Source: Candidatus Pacebacteria bacterium GW2011_GWA1_46_10
GTDB lineage: Bacteria > Patescibacteriota > Microgenomatia > UBA1400 > PJMF01
Assembly: GCA_001002135.1 (NCBI GenBank)
Contig: LCLP01000001.1
Location: 485,368 to 549,367 of the forward strand
Direction: 5' to 3'
DNA length: 64,000 bases
Shown: positions 9,245 through 18,686 of the stretch, one piece after another
Layout: every line of letters begins with the position of its first letter
How positions within the stretch are numbered: position 1 is the stretch's first letter
The notes under the pieces: model-generated
What the model saw: the letters and a program-made list of their open reading frames with translations, nothing else
What the model was told of the DNA's origin: nothing
Databases searched by the model: none
Translations under genes and position numbers: made by a program

Positions 9245-10396
9245 CTATGATTGTACCTTTTTTCGACTTGAGGCGGAACGAGCTGATGTGTCAAGAAAAA
9301 TCTTCAAAACTAAGCCGGTAGTAAATAGTATGGTGAACAAAGCAGTCCCCCCGGAAGAAAAGAAAGGCAAAGGCAAACCAGTCAGTGGCACCAGCACCGC
9401 CACCGCAGCCAGATTTAATAGTATCTGACCGCTCATCCAGAGAAAAACACCCAAGACAAAAAGCTGCTCAAAACTCCGCTCTGGCAGTAGAGTGGCAATT
9501 CTGTAAAGTGTGATCAGATACCCCACAAATAACCCTATCACCACTAGAGCACCCACAAAACCAATTTCCTCAGCCACGATCGCAAAGATCGAGTCACTAC
9601 TCACTTCTGGAATATACGAGTATTTTTGCTGCGAATTCCCCAGCCCCACTCCAAACCACCCACCGTTCGCCAGCGCCAGAGTAATTTGCCGAACATGAAA
9701 CCCACTCCCGAGTGGATCAGTGTTTGGATCAAGGTAAGTTTGTAAGCGGGCCGCCCGATAAGGTGAGGCCACAATCAACAACAATAACCCCACCACACCC
9801 AGTACTCCCAGCCCACTGAGTAGTAGTAACTTTCCTCCCGCCAAGAAAAACAAACCAAATATCACCCACAATAACACTAAGAGTGAACCCATATCAGGTT
9901 GCAGCAAAAGCAGGAGTGAAAAAAGAGCAGTCAAAAAAAGAAACGTTGGCAGTTTGAGCTGACGAGACATCCACACAGCTGAAAAGAGGACGAGCGCCAA
10001 CTTAAAAAACTCTACTGGCTGAAATATCACTCCCTGAAAAGCAAACCACCGGCGCGCGCCGTTCAGTTCCACCCCAAAACCGGGCACCAACACCAAAATC
10101 AATAATACTAACCCTACCCCAAACCAGATCTGGGCGGTTTTCGCCCAAAACTTGGTCGGTAAAAGCAGGGCTACCACAAACGCGCCGCTGCCAAGGAATA
10201 AAGAAATGGCTTGCTGACGTAAAAAGTAATATTGATGACCAACCAGGTTGTAGCTTTCAGCGCTTGACGCCTCAAAAACAAACAATAACCCTAATACACT
10301 CAGTAACAGTGTAAACCCGACGAGCAGTAAACTGAGGGTCGGACGAAACCTGCCCGTTACATTTTTTTTGATCAGTCTACTCGCACTGCGCAACAT
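9245..10396 (-). CDS. ftsW: SEDS-family peptidoglycan glycosyltransferase FtsW
   Basis: 10-TM SEDS profile; located between mraY and murG as in canonical dcw clusters. Confidence 0.85.
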   Translation of the reverse strand: MLRSASRLIKKNVTGRFRPTLSLLLVGFTLLLSVLGLLFVFEASSAESYNLVGHQYYFLRQQAISLFLGSGAFVVALLLPTKFWAKTAQIWFGVGLVLLILVLVPGFGVELNGARRWFAFQGVIFQPVEFFKLALVLFSAVWMSRQLKLPTFLFLTALFSLLLLLQPDMGSLLVLLWVIFGLFFLAGGKLLLLSGLGVLGVVGLLLLIVASPYRAARLQTYLDPNTDPLGSGFHVRQITLALANGGWFGVGLGNSQQKYSYIPEVSSDSIFAIVAEEIGFVGALVVIGLFVGYLITLYRIATLLPERSFEQLFVLGVFLWMSGQILLNLAAVAVLVPLTGLPLPFFSSGGTALFTILFTTGLVLKIFLDTSARSASSRKKVQS

Positions 10397-10406
10397 GATG
10401 AAGGTA

Positions 10407-11450
10407 TTAAATCACGGCCAACCACACCCCAAACAGAGTCAACATGATCTGCATCAACCAGACTCGCTGGACAATCTTTGGCTCTTCCCAACCATGGGCC
10501 TGCAAAGTCAGGTGAATCGGCGCCGCCGGAAAAAGCTTTTTACCAGTTACCCGCTTGCTGATAAGCTGCAAGAGAGAACTGAAAATTTCAAAAACAAACA
10601 CGAAACCAATCACAATCAAGGCTGGTACTTTCCCCAGCAGTAAACCAACCACTGCTAAGGTTGCTCCAAAAGAGAGCGCGCCAACATCACCGAGAAACAG
10701 CCGCGCCGGAAAAACATTAAAGTAAAGAAATGATACCAGTGATCCGATCCACAACGAAAGAAAAAGTGAGAGAGGAACGTCTAAAATCGAGGCTGACAAA
10801 AACCACAAACCAAACAATGAGATCATCAATACTCCGGAAGCCAAGCCATCCAAACCATCGGTGATATTAACCGCATTGGCAAATGAAACAATTGCTAAAG
10901 CGGCAAACGGCACATACCAGCTTCCTAATTCAAAAGTGCCAATAAAGGGAATATGCAGAATAGAGATTCCGAGCTGAAGGTGCAGCATCAACGCCACGAT
11001 CACCGCCAAGACCAGCTGTAAAAACAGTTTAAATGGCGCTCTCAAACCAAAAAATTTGGCTTTTTGAAAACCAAAAAACTTTTTAATATCGTCGTACAAC
11101 CCTAGGATGCCAAAGGCCAAAAAAGTGAAAAACAAGACATTAATCTCTGCTGTATTGTGGGTATACACACTGGTTACCTCAATCCCAAACATCCCCAGCA
11201 AGGGGAGTAACGCTATAAAGAGCAGTGAAACTACCAAGATAACCAGCAAACCGCCGCCGACCGGCACACCAGCTTTTTTCTTGTGAAAACGATCAAAGAT
11301 CGGTGTTAGCCTCCCAAATAAATCACGGGTAATTTGGCGAGCACGCTGAAACTTCAGATGATACAACACATCAATAAACGGCACGATCGCCACACTGGTC
11401 ACAATAAACGAAAAAATTAATAAGCCTAAAAAAAGTGCCAAAGAGCCCAT
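10407..11450 (-). CDS. mraY: phospho-N-acetylmuramoyl-pentapeptide transferase MraY
   Basis: 347 aa polytopic membrane protein with MraY conserved blocks (…NAVNITDGLDGLA…, …HHH-like C-terminal region). Confidence 0.93.
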   Translation of the reverse strand: MGSLALFLGLLIFSFIVTSVAIVPFIDVLYHLKFQRARQITRDLFGRLTPIFDRFHKKKAGVPVGGGLLVILVVSLLFIALLPLLGMFGIEVTSVYTHNTAEINVLFFTFLAFGILGLYDDIKKFFGFQKAKFFGLRAPFKLFLQLVLAVIVALMLHLQLGISILHIPFIGTFELGSWYVPFAALAIVSFANAVNITDGLDGLASGVLMISLFGLWFLSASILDVPLSLFLSLWIGSLVSFLYFNVFPARLFLGDVGALSFGATLAVVGLLLGKVPALIVIGFVFVFEIFSSLLQLISKRVTGKKLFPAAPIHLTLQAHGWEEPKIVQRVWLMQIMLTLFGVWLAVI

Positions 11451-11514
11451 ATTTTCTTTCTTGTCTGGTTATTGTAGCGCTTACAGCCAGTCAGATTCAA
11501 CCTGAACCAGTCTT

Positions 11515-12852
11515 TTAGGCTGTCACTCGTTGAATACGCGCTCCTAGAGAAGTGAGTTTTTCATCAATCTGAGAGTACCCACGCTCAATCTGACTAATGT
11601 TATGTAAAATGGTTTGACCAGTGCCGCTCACCGCGGCAATCAGAATAATGGCTCCTGCCCGCAAGTCAGGAGCAGTAAACTCACCCCCTCGAAATTGAGT
11701 AGGCCCAGTAATTTGAATAGCGTGAACATCAGCCGCGTGACTATCGACCCAATTGAAGTTATAAACTTGCTCTGGCTCCGCTGTTAACTGAGGTTGAACA
11801 ACCTTGATGGTCGCCCCCATCGCTCGCAAAACATCAATATATTGAAAACGATTCTGCATCACGGTCTCATGAATAGTACTTTGACCTTGAGCGTGACACA
11901 TTAACACTGCCCACAACGGTTGCCAATCAGTCATAAAACCAGGATGGATGGCTGTCTCCACATCAGTGGCTTGGAGCGGTCCTTGGTAAAAAAAACGGAT
12001 GCCATCAGCAGTGATTTCAAAACCCGCCCCAATCTCAGTTAGTTTGGCCAGAAAAGCCGCCAAATCGGTCGGACGCGCGTCAGTAACCACAATGTCTCCT
12101 CGAGTAGCTAAAGCCGCGCAAGCATAACTGACAGCCTCATTGCGGTCTGGCATCACGGTGTGATTAGCGCCCTCAAGGCTTGCTACTCCTTCAATCTCAA
12201 TGGTGCGCGCACGTGTGCGGACAATTCTTGCCCCCATTGTGTTGAGAAATAAAATCAAGTCATCTACTTCTGGTTCGGCAGCGGCGTTAGCCAAAACTGT
12301 TTTTCCTTTAGCCAGCACTGCCGCCATAATCATCGTCTCAGTGCCGGTGTGGGTATTTTTAGCAAAACGATAATGAGTGCCAACTAATTTTTCAGCTTGA
12401 ACCACCAAACTGTTTCCTTCTTGACCAAACACTGCCCCCATTTTCCTGAGACCCTCAAAATGCCGCTCCAATGGCCGCTTCCCGATTTTGTCACCACCAG
12501 GCAACGGCACCCTTGCTTCACCAAAGCGAGCCAAAAGAGGAGCGATAAAAAGCGTTGAGGCCCGGGAAATCTCACCGTATTGTTCATCAATGGCAAAACT
12601 TTCTAGGCCTTGTGGGTTAATGGTTTGCGTACCATGATCCAGGGTAGAAGTTTGTCCACCCAGTGAACGGATGATTTCAGCCACCATCATCACATCAGAG
12701 ATCTCCGGCAAATTATTGATGGTAGAGGCAGTAGTCCCCAAAAGGCTAGCAATCATGAGTTTATACGACGCATTTTTGGCGCCACTCAACCTCACCTTGC
12801 CTTGTAATGGAGTACCGCCAGTAATAATGAAGGAGGTTGGTGAGGTGTTCAT
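11515..12852 (-). CDS. murA: UDP-N-acetylglucosamine 1-carboxyvinyltransferase MurA
   Basis: ITGGTPLQGKVRLSGAKNASYKLMIASLL N-terminal EPT signature; 445 aa. Confidence 0.93.
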   Translation of the reverse strand: MNTSPTSFIITGGTPLQGKVRLSGAKNASYKLMIASLLGTTASTINNLPEISDVMMVAEIIRSLGGQTSTLDHGTQTINPQGLESFAIDEQYGEISRASTLFIAPLLARFGEARVPLPGGDKIGKRPLERHFEGLRKMGAVFGQEGNSLVVQAEKLVGTHYRFAKNTHTGTETMIMAAVLAKGKTVLANAAAEPEVDDLILFLNTMGARIVRTRARTIEIEGVASLEGANHTVMPDRNEAVSYACAALATRGDIVVTDARPTDLAAFLAKLTEIGAGFEITADGIRFFYQGPLQATDVETAIHPGFMTDWQPLWAVLMCHAQGQSTIHETVMQNRFQYIDVLRAMGATIKVVQPQLTAEPEQVYNFNWVDSHAADVHAIQITGPTQFRGGEFTAPDLRAGAIILIAAVSGTGQTILHNISQIERGYSQIDEKLTSLGARIQRVTA

Positions 12853-12864
12853 GGTGATACAAAC

Positions 12865-13836
12865 TTATGGCCTGCCGAGCCAAAAAACTTCTTCTTGCAA
12901 ACTAGCCCCAAATTTTTCCTTGACCGTAGTCTTCACCCGTTTGATGAGTTTTTTAATGTCGGCTGCTGTCCCACTACCTGTATTCACAAAAAAAGCGGCG
13001 TGTTTCTCACTGACCTTGATGTCGCCCTCCTGAGCCCCTTTCAGGCCTGCTTGATCGATCAGAAATCCACCGGGAACGTATTTTTTATCGGCAAATTGGG
13101 GAAATTGTTTCTTTAGTTCCGGAGTGTTGGGGGTGTTTTGAAAAATACACCCAGAGCTAGGCATACCTAACGGCTGAGTTTGAGCTCGATATAAGGTAGC
13201 GCGCCGAATAAGTTCTTGAGACATTTCTTTGGTGCCACTTTTTAAATGAAACTCCGCCTGCAAAATGATTTCTTTGGTTTTCTGGAAACGAGACGAGTCA
13301 TAGCCAAACTGACATTCTTCCCAAGTCAACCAAGTTACTTCACCATGTTCTTGAATCACTTCTACTCGATAAATGTGTTCACTGAGTAAGTCCTCCAAAT
13401 AGTGTGCGTTATTATAGATCGCTCCACCAACGTTCCCGGGCACTCCTAGAAAAAATTCCAAACCTGTTAAACCTGCATCAACCGTTTGCTTGACGAGTAA
13501 GGCTGTTTTCAAACCGGCGCCAGCTCTAATGAGAGTTTTTTCACCCTGTTTCCCAACCACTGTAAATTCATCGTTTACTAATTTGAGGACCAGCCCCGGA
13601 ATACCTTGATCAGAGACAATGACATTACTCGCGCCACCAAGCACGGTCAGGGGGATGTTTTTTTCATGACAATAGCGGACCAAAGTAATAATCTGTTCTC
13701 GCTGACCTAGCTCAAGGTATGTTTCGGCCGGGCCGCCAACCTTAAAATACGTCAGAGTAGACAGCGGAAAATCGGCTTGAAATGAGAAGTCAGCAAAAGC
13801 TGTCTGCAGCTGTTGAGTGAGAGTATTCATGATCAA
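12865..13836 (-). CDS. murB: UDP-N-acetylenolpyruvoylglucosamine reductase MurB
   Basis: FAD-binding block YFKVGGPAETYLE...LGGASNVIVSDQGIPGLVLKL; about 320 aa. Confidence 0.9.
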   Translation of the reverse strand: MIMNTLTQQLQTAFADFSFQADFPLSTLTYFKVGGPAETYLELGQREQIITLVRYCHEKNIPLTVLGGASNVIVSDQGIPGLVLKLVNDEFTVVGKQGEKTLIRAGAGLKTALLVKQTVDAGLTGLEFFLGVPGNVGGAIYNNAHYLEDLLSEHIYRVEVIQEHGEVTWLTWEECQFGYDSSRFQKTKEIILQAEFHLKSGTKEMSQELIRRATLYRAQTQPLGMPSSGCIFQNTPNTPELKKQFPQFADKKYVPGGFLIDQAGLKGAQEGDIKVSEKHAAFFVNTGSGTAADIKKLIKRVKTTVKEKFGASLQEEVFWLGRP

Positions 13837-13839
13837 CTC

Positions 13840-14466
13840 TTAAAAACTATATGTCGCCCCTTGGATGGAACCTACATCATCAAGCGGCCAATAGCGAAAA
13901 AAGGCTTTGCCAACAATTTCATTTTCCTTGACTGGCCCCCAGCTGCGAGAATCACTGGAGTGAGGTCGGTTGTCGCCCACCGCAAAGTACTCATCGGCTT
14001 CCAAAGTAATGGCCCCATTTTGGGTGTACAACCCAGGCAGAGTTTCAAGGTCAGCAGGCAGATATGGCTCGGCGAGTGGTTGACCATCCACATAAATAGT
14101 CTCGTCCTTCACCTCGATGGTTTCACCCGGTAATCCTAAAATTCGTTTAATAAAATCACAACCCGTGCCTTTGGCACAATTCGCTGCTGGCGGCGCGTGA
14201 AACACAATAATATCGCCTCGCTGCGGCTCGCCGAGCTTGTAGCTGATCTTGTCGGTCAAAACATAATCACCACTGTGGAAATTAGGCACCATGGATTGTC
14301 CATTGACTTGATGCGGCTGCATAAAAAAAAGGTAAACCACCAAAAAAATCGATAGGGAAATAACGATCGTTTCCATTAAGTCGGTGAAAAAGGCACTGAT
14401 CCGTTTCATAAACAAGCTTTCATTATGCCACTTTTCATGAGAATACAAAATTGCTAGATAAACCAC
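13840..14466 (-). CDS. lepB: signal peptidase I
   Basis: catalytic Ser box GQSMVPNF, Lys box, GDNRPHSSDSRSWG box; N-terminal TM anchor. Confidence 0.9.
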   Translation of the reverse strand: MVYLAILYSHEKWHNESLFMKRISAFFTDLMETIVISLSIFLVVYLFFMQPHQVNGQSMVPNFHSGDYVLTDKISYKLGEPQRGDIIVFHAPPAANCAKGTGCDFIKRILGLPGETIEVKDETIYVDGQPLAEPYLPADLETLPGLYTQNGAITLEADEYFAVGDNRPHSSDSRSWGPVKENEIVGKAFFRYWPLDDVGSIQGATYSF

Positions 14467-14557
14467 CAGAACATAGTTATACTAATCCAGGTGACAGAAA
14501 ATACGTTAAACAATCTTGCCCCTCTTTGGCAACGTACCCTCGAAGAGACTTTAGCAG

Positions 14558-15796
14558 ATGTCTAACCCACTAAACTTCACTCGTAGTGCTCTGGCTGGTT
14601 TCGGCTGGCAAACCATTTACAAGGGGATCTTAGCGCTGATCGCCATGGCCAAGATCGCAGTACTAGCTCGACTGCTCACTCCAGAAGCATTTGGCCTCTT
14701 CTCTCTTACGCTGATTGCTCTTGGTATAACTGAGAGCTTGACTCAAACCGGAGTGAACATCACCCTGCTACAAGCTCAACGACCGGTGAAATATTACCTT
14801 GATAGTGCTTGGGTTATCGCCATCATTAGGGGGTTTCTGATTGGCAGCATCATGCTGGTGATGGGGCTCTTGCTGCAAAACTACTACCAAGAACCACAAC
14901 TATTGGCGCTGATTGCGGTCGCCGCACTTGTCCCAGTCATCAAGGGATTCATTAATCCCTATATTGTGGTCTTGCATAAAGACTTACGCTTTTTCCAAGA
15001 TAGCGTTTATCGATTTTCACTGGTTTTTGTCGAAAGTGTGGCCGCCGTAGTCTTGGGGTTTTTGACTCACTCTGTTTGGGCTCTGGTTTGGGCGTTGTTG
15101 ATCAGTGCGTTGTTTGAGGTGGTGGTTTCTTTTTTCTTTTTCAGAACTCGGCCACACTTCGCGTACCTGCACTCAAGAGGGAAAACCATTCTTGAAAATG
15201 CGAAATGGTTGAGCGTCTCAACTTTGTTTAATTACCTCAATGAAAACGCTGATGACTTTTTGTTGGGAAAAATCGTAGGCACACGATTCTTGGGAATCTA
15301 TCACAACGCCTATGCCTTAAGTCACAAACCAAACTATGATTTTTCCAAATCCGCTCACCACAGCACTATTCCGGTGTTTACCAAACTGGCTGACAAACCA
15401 ACCCGGCTGACAGGCGCTTTTCTCCGGTCGCTGGTGGCGCTCACCAGTTTTATCACCATCGTTTCACTGCCTTTATTACTGTTTCCCCGATTCTTCGTTG
15501 AGTTACTCCTCGGCCAACAATGGCTTGACGCCATTCCATTGGTCCGACCGCTTGTTTTGGCAGGCATTATCCAGAGTGTAAGCCAGTTAAGTTATGCTTT
15601 GTTTCTGGCTCGCAAACAATACCGTATTCTCAATCTTCACTTGAGTACTGCTTTTGGCCTGATGGTTGTTCTTGTTTTCTGGTGGGGCAGCCAAGCACAC
15701 TTATTGGGGGCAGTGATGGGAGTACTCACTGCCCGTCTGGTTACCATTCCTCTCATTTTGATTGGTATACTGCAAACGCTTAAACAAAAATCATGA
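14558..15796 (+). CDS. polysaccharide biosynthesis protein / oligosaccharide flippase (Wzx-like, MOP superfamily)
   Basis: 412 aa, about 12 TM, N-terminal region typical of PST-family flippases (…GFGWQTIYKGILALIAMAKIAVLARLLTPEAFG…). Confidence 0.75.
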   Translation: MSNPLNFTRSALAGFGWQTIYKGILALIAMAKIAVLARLLTPEAFGLFSLTLIALGITESLTQTGVNITLLQAQRPVKYYLDSAWVIAIIRGFLIGSIMLVMGLLLQNYYQEPQLLALIAVAALVPVIKGFINPYIVVLHKDLRFFQDSVYRFSLVFVESVAAVVLGFLTHSVWALVWALLISALFEVVVSFFFFRTRPHFAYLHSRGKTILENAKWLSVSTLFNYLNENADDFLLGKIVGTRFLGIYHNAYALSHKPNYDFSKSAHHSTIPVFTKLADKPTRLTGAFLRSLVALTSFITIVSLPLLLFPRFFVELLLGQQWLDAIPLVRPLVLAGIIQSVSQLSYALFLARKQYRILNLHLSTAFGLMVVLVFWWGSQAHLLGAVMGVLTARLVTIPLILIGILQTLKQKS

Positions 15797-16554
15797 AAAC
15801 CAGCAGTGTTCCTGTCAGCGTCATTATTCTCACGCACCGCAGTGATGAGCGGTTCGTGCGCGCGCTTGCCTCGGCTCAACCGGCCAAAGAGGTACTGATC
15901 GTCGATTTCAACAGCAACAATGACTGGCATCAGTTACAAAAACAATTTCATTTCAAATATACCAATCAACCCACGCAGATCCGCAATTTTTCTACTGAAC
16001 GCAACCGCGCTTTACAACGAGCGCATCATGAGTGGGTATTTTTTTTGGACAGCGATGAAGTCATTAGAGGGGATAGTTGGGGTGAGATCGAACATATTAT
16101 TCGCAGTTCAGAGTTTGACGGGGTGTACGTGCGTCGAAGAGATTTGTTTCACGGTAAAATGCTCCGTCATGGTGAAACAGGGAGTACGTGGGTGCTCCGA
16201 CTGATGAAAAAGAGCGCGAGTCAATTTACCCGCCCAGTCCACGAAATAGCTCAAGTCAAAGGAAAAACTGCTCGTTCAAAAATCGTCCTTCTCCACAACG
16301 CTCACCTTTCACTAACCGAGTTTTTAACTGATATTACTCAATACGCCAAACTCGAGGCAGAGTATCAAACCGACGCCAAACTCCCTCTCTCACTCTTGGG
16401 CGTCAAGACTGTTCTTTATCCCAAGTTAAAATTTCTCGTTAATTACTTTTTAAAACTTGGTTTTCTTGATGGCTGGCGGGGAGTGGCCTACGCTGTCATG
16501 ATGAGCCTGCATTCTCTCTTTGTCAGAGTTTTTGCCTATGAAAATCGTCAGTAA
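15793..16554 (+). CDS. family-2 glycosyltransferase
   Basis: VSVIILTHRSDE (GT-A N-terminal), DxD-type motif FFLDSDEV; start overlaps flippase stop (ATGA). Confidence 0.8.
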   Translation: MKTSSVPVSVIILTHRSDERFVRALASAQPAKEVLIVDFNSNNDWHQLQKQFHFKYTNQPTQIRNFSTERNRALQRAHHEWVFFLDSDEVIRGDSWGEIEHIIRSSEFDGVYVRRRDLFHGKMLRHGETGSTWVLRLMKKSASQFTRPVHEIAQVKGKTARSKIVLLHNAHLSLTEFLTDITQYAKLEAEYQTDAKLPLSLLGVKTVLYPKLKFLVNYFLKLGFLDGWRGVAYAVMMSLHSLFVRVFAYENRQ

Positions 16555-17704
16555 GCTGTTTGTTCATCCTGAAACTCTCCTTTTTACTGGCTTTTTAGTG
16601 CTTTTCTCATTTGGCCAACTACAACGTATTCAACTCACCAAAGACATCGCCATCTATGGGCACGACATCTTGATTACTTACTTCGTCCTATGGCAATTAC
16701 TGACCAACAGCAAACTTCGCCAAGTAATAGTCAACACCTTTCACATGACAAAAAAAATAATCTTGACTCATCAACTTGAGGCTGCTTGGGTAACGTGGGT
16801 GATCGGTGGCATGATCGCGGGGGGTTTGACCGGCCGAGTGACAGTCCGCGGTTGGTTGTACCTTGGGCGTTTACTGATGTACCTTGCTTTCATTGTTTTG
16901 ATCAAACAAAATAAGCGCACACGATATTCGCCAAGAATTGGCTTGGCTGTGGTCAGTGTACTGATTGCCGGCTGGGGCTTACTACAATACGCCCTGATGC
17001 CTGATGTCCGGTGGCTGAATATTTTTGGCTGGGATAACCACTACTACCGATTGATCAGCACCTTATTTGATCCTGCTTTTACTGGCATACTGTTGGTCAT
17101 TGGCTTTGGGCTGTGGCAACTGCCGACCGTATTACCTCAACTCTCCGTCCAACTCAAACGGGCCATTCAACTGATACTCACTGTCGCCCTGGCCGCTACC
17201 TTTTCACGCGCCAGTTACCTCGGGTTTTTGGTTCTTAATGGGTTTTTCTTGCTCACCAAAAAAATAAAACTCTCGTTCGTGGCGATAGTGATCACAGTAT
17301 TTTGGGCAACCCTCTTTTTACTCCCCAAACCTGGTGGGGAGGGGGTTAATTTAGCCCGTACCAGCACCGGTGAGGCGCGGCTAATCAATGCTCAGGAAAA
17401 CTTGATTAAGCTCAACGGCGCGCAGTGGCTTTGGGGCAGGGGACTGTTTAACACCGATGCCGCACAAGCCTATCAAACTCCCAGCCACGCCCAGCTGCCG
17501 GACAGTCTCCCAGTGTTATTGACTAACTCACTTGGGCTTGGTGGGGTGTGGCTGACACTCACGGTACTCATCAAGTGGCTTAAAAACTGGTGGCAAACCA
17601 AGCCTGTTTGGACCGGTCTTTTACTGACTGTTCTGATCCACAGTCTCTTTAATAATACCTTTTTCCAGCCATTTGTTTTTCTGGCTCTTTGGCTGGCGTT
17701 TTGA
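16520..17704 (+). CDS. O-antigen ligase/polymerase-like membrane protein (Wzy/WaaL family)
   Basis: about 10 TM plus one larger loop containing ...TFSRASYLGFLVL... (O-antigen-ligase-type motif); follows GT2 in the same orientation. Confidence 0.55.
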   Translation: MSEFLPMKIVSKLFVHPETLLFTGFLVLFSFGQLQRIQLTKDIAIYGHDILITYFVLWQLLTNSKLRQVIVNTFHMTKKIILTHQLEAAWVTWVIGGMIAGGLTGRVTVRGWLYLGRLLMYLAFIVLIKQNKRTRYSPRIGLAVVSVLIAGWGLLQYALMPDVRWLNIFGWDNHYYRLISTLFDPAFTGILLVIGFGLWQLPTVLPQLSVQLKRAIQLILTVALAATFSRASYLGFLVLNGFFLLTKKIKLSFVAIVITVFWATLFLLPKPGGEGVNLARTSTGEARLINAQENLIKLNGAQWLWGRGLFNTDAAQAYQTPSHAQLPDSLPVLLTNSLGLGGVWLTLTVLIKWLKNWWQTKPVWTGLLLTVLIHSLFNNTFFQPFVFLALWLAF

Positions 17705-17714
17705 AAACCAAGAT

Positions 17715-18428
17715 TTAATAGCGGAAATTGATGGTAACTGTCCGTTCAGTTCGATTTCCAGCCTTGTCAGTGACCACAAACCGTAAAGTATTGTTGCCTT
17801 CTTGAAGATAATAGGAAGCACTAAACGTGCCATCACTACTGACATAGACGCTGCGGTCATTAAGGGTGAGTTGTGAATCAGGTTCTGTCTCACCTCTGAT
17901 TTGGAGGGTCTGGTTTTCCCTCAAAGTAATTTGTTTGCCATCTGCTAAATCCTCAAAACTCAAGCTTGGAGTTTGAGTATCACGGATAATCAGCACTGTT
18001 CGACTATTTGACTGATTGCCAGTTTCATCCACACCATACACATCAATGGTGTTATCGCCATCCATTAACTCGAGCGTGTAAGAAAATTGACCATCACTTT
18101 TCACTTTTGTTTTACCAACTTCATCACCATTGCGCACGACCACCACCTGACTGTCTGGCTCACCATAACCCGCCATTTCCAGTGTTGCCTCTTTCGTCGC
18201 CTCGGGTAAGGTTGATAAAACCGGTACTTGAGGGGGCACAGTGTCACTGGTAAGAGGACTCAAATCACCGGTGCCAAAAAGGCGGAAAAAGAGCTGTACT
18301 ACCTGAGGCATGATCACAAAAATAAACAAAATCACCCCGAGAATGGCCAAAATGATCATTCTGGTTGACTGGCGGATAATTTTTTTACCTTGGCGGCGCG
18401 CCAGGCGAGAAGTGTATTGCCTTTGCAT
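17715..18428 (-). CDS. exported/membrane-anchored protein with two tandem Ig-like (Big-type) repeats
   Basis: basic N-terminus plus TM anchor, then two repeats of about 80 aa (…DSQVVVVRNGDEVGKTKVKSDGQFSYTLEL…NTIDV… / …DSQLTLNDRSVYVSSDGTFSASYYLQEGNNTLRFVV…). Confidence 0.5.
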   Translation of the reverse strand: MQRQYTSRLARRQGKKIIRQSTRMIILAILGVILFIFVIMPQVVQLFFRLFGTGDLSPLTSDTVPPQVPVLSTLPEATKEATLEMAGYGEPDSQVVVVRNGDEVGKTKVKSDGQFSYTLELMDGDNTIDVYGVDETGNQSNSRTVLIIRDTQTPSLSFEDLADGKQITLRENQTLQIRGETEPDSQLTLNDRSVYVSSDGTFSASYYLQEGNNTLRFVVTDKAGNRTERTVTINFRY

Positions 18429-18436
18429 AAATGCTG

Positions 18437-18509
18437 AGCCAGAACTGGGATTCGAACCCAGGACCTACGGTTTACGATACCGCCGCTCTACCAACTGAGC
18501 TATTCTGGC
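18437..18509 (-). tRNA. tRNA-Thr (anticodon CGU)
   Basis: cloverleaf GCCAGAA/TTCTGGC acceptor, anticodon loop AUCGUAA, T-loop GGTTCGAATCC; no encoded CCA. Confidence 0.9.
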
Positions 18510-18526
18510 TATCAGTGTACCACTTG

Positions 18527-18599
18527 AGCGGCGAACGGGGCTTGAACCCGCGACCTTCTGCTTGGGAAGCAGACGCTCTACCAACTGAGCTATCACCGC
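18527..18599 (-). tRNA. tRNA-Gly (anticodon CCC)
   Basis: acceptor GCGGTGA/TCGCCGC (one G-U), anticodon loop UUCCCAA, T-loop GGTTCAAGCCC. Confidence 0.9.
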
Positions 18600-18610
18600 A
18601 AACAAACCGA

Positions 18611-18616
18611 TTATAG
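18611..18616 (-). promoter_or_regulatory. -10 box TATAAT 8 nt upstream of the tRNA-Gly(CCC)/tRNA-Thr transcription unit
   Basis: minus strand aaactgcTATAATcggtttgtt followed by the tRNA 5' end. Confidence 0.5.
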
Positions 18617-18649
18617 CAGTTTTTACTCTGGTACTACCTCATCCTTTGC

Positions 18650-18678
18650 ATTGACATTATAGGACATAAATGCTACGA
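18650..18678 (+). promoter_or_regulatory. sigma70-like promoter (TTGACA-17 nt-TACGAT) heading a leader of about 180 nt
   Basis: TTGACAttataggacataaatgcTACGAT; its -35 overlaps a minus-strand TATAAT (divergent overlapping promoters). Confidence 0.45.
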
Positions 18679-18686
18679 TTTGATCC

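Noticed and set aside
8119-9294. N-terminal extensions proposed by the ORF track for murG (to 9294), lemA (from 40855), gatA (from 42681), gatB (from 44168), dnaE (from 45544), prs (from 31560) and the DHH gene (from 36614)
   Set aside because: The extensions overlap the upstream gene, a tRNA or the -10 box, start at TTG/GTG, and precede the conserved family N-terminus. An in-frame ATG with RBS or leaderless-promoter context was chosen instead.
18310-18616. ORFs 18310..18498(+) and 18431..18616(+) across the tRNA-Thr/tRNA-Gly pair, and ORF 30082..30348(+) across tRNA-Lys
   Set aside because: They overlap clean tRNA cloverleaves on the other strand; the translations are nonsense-like.
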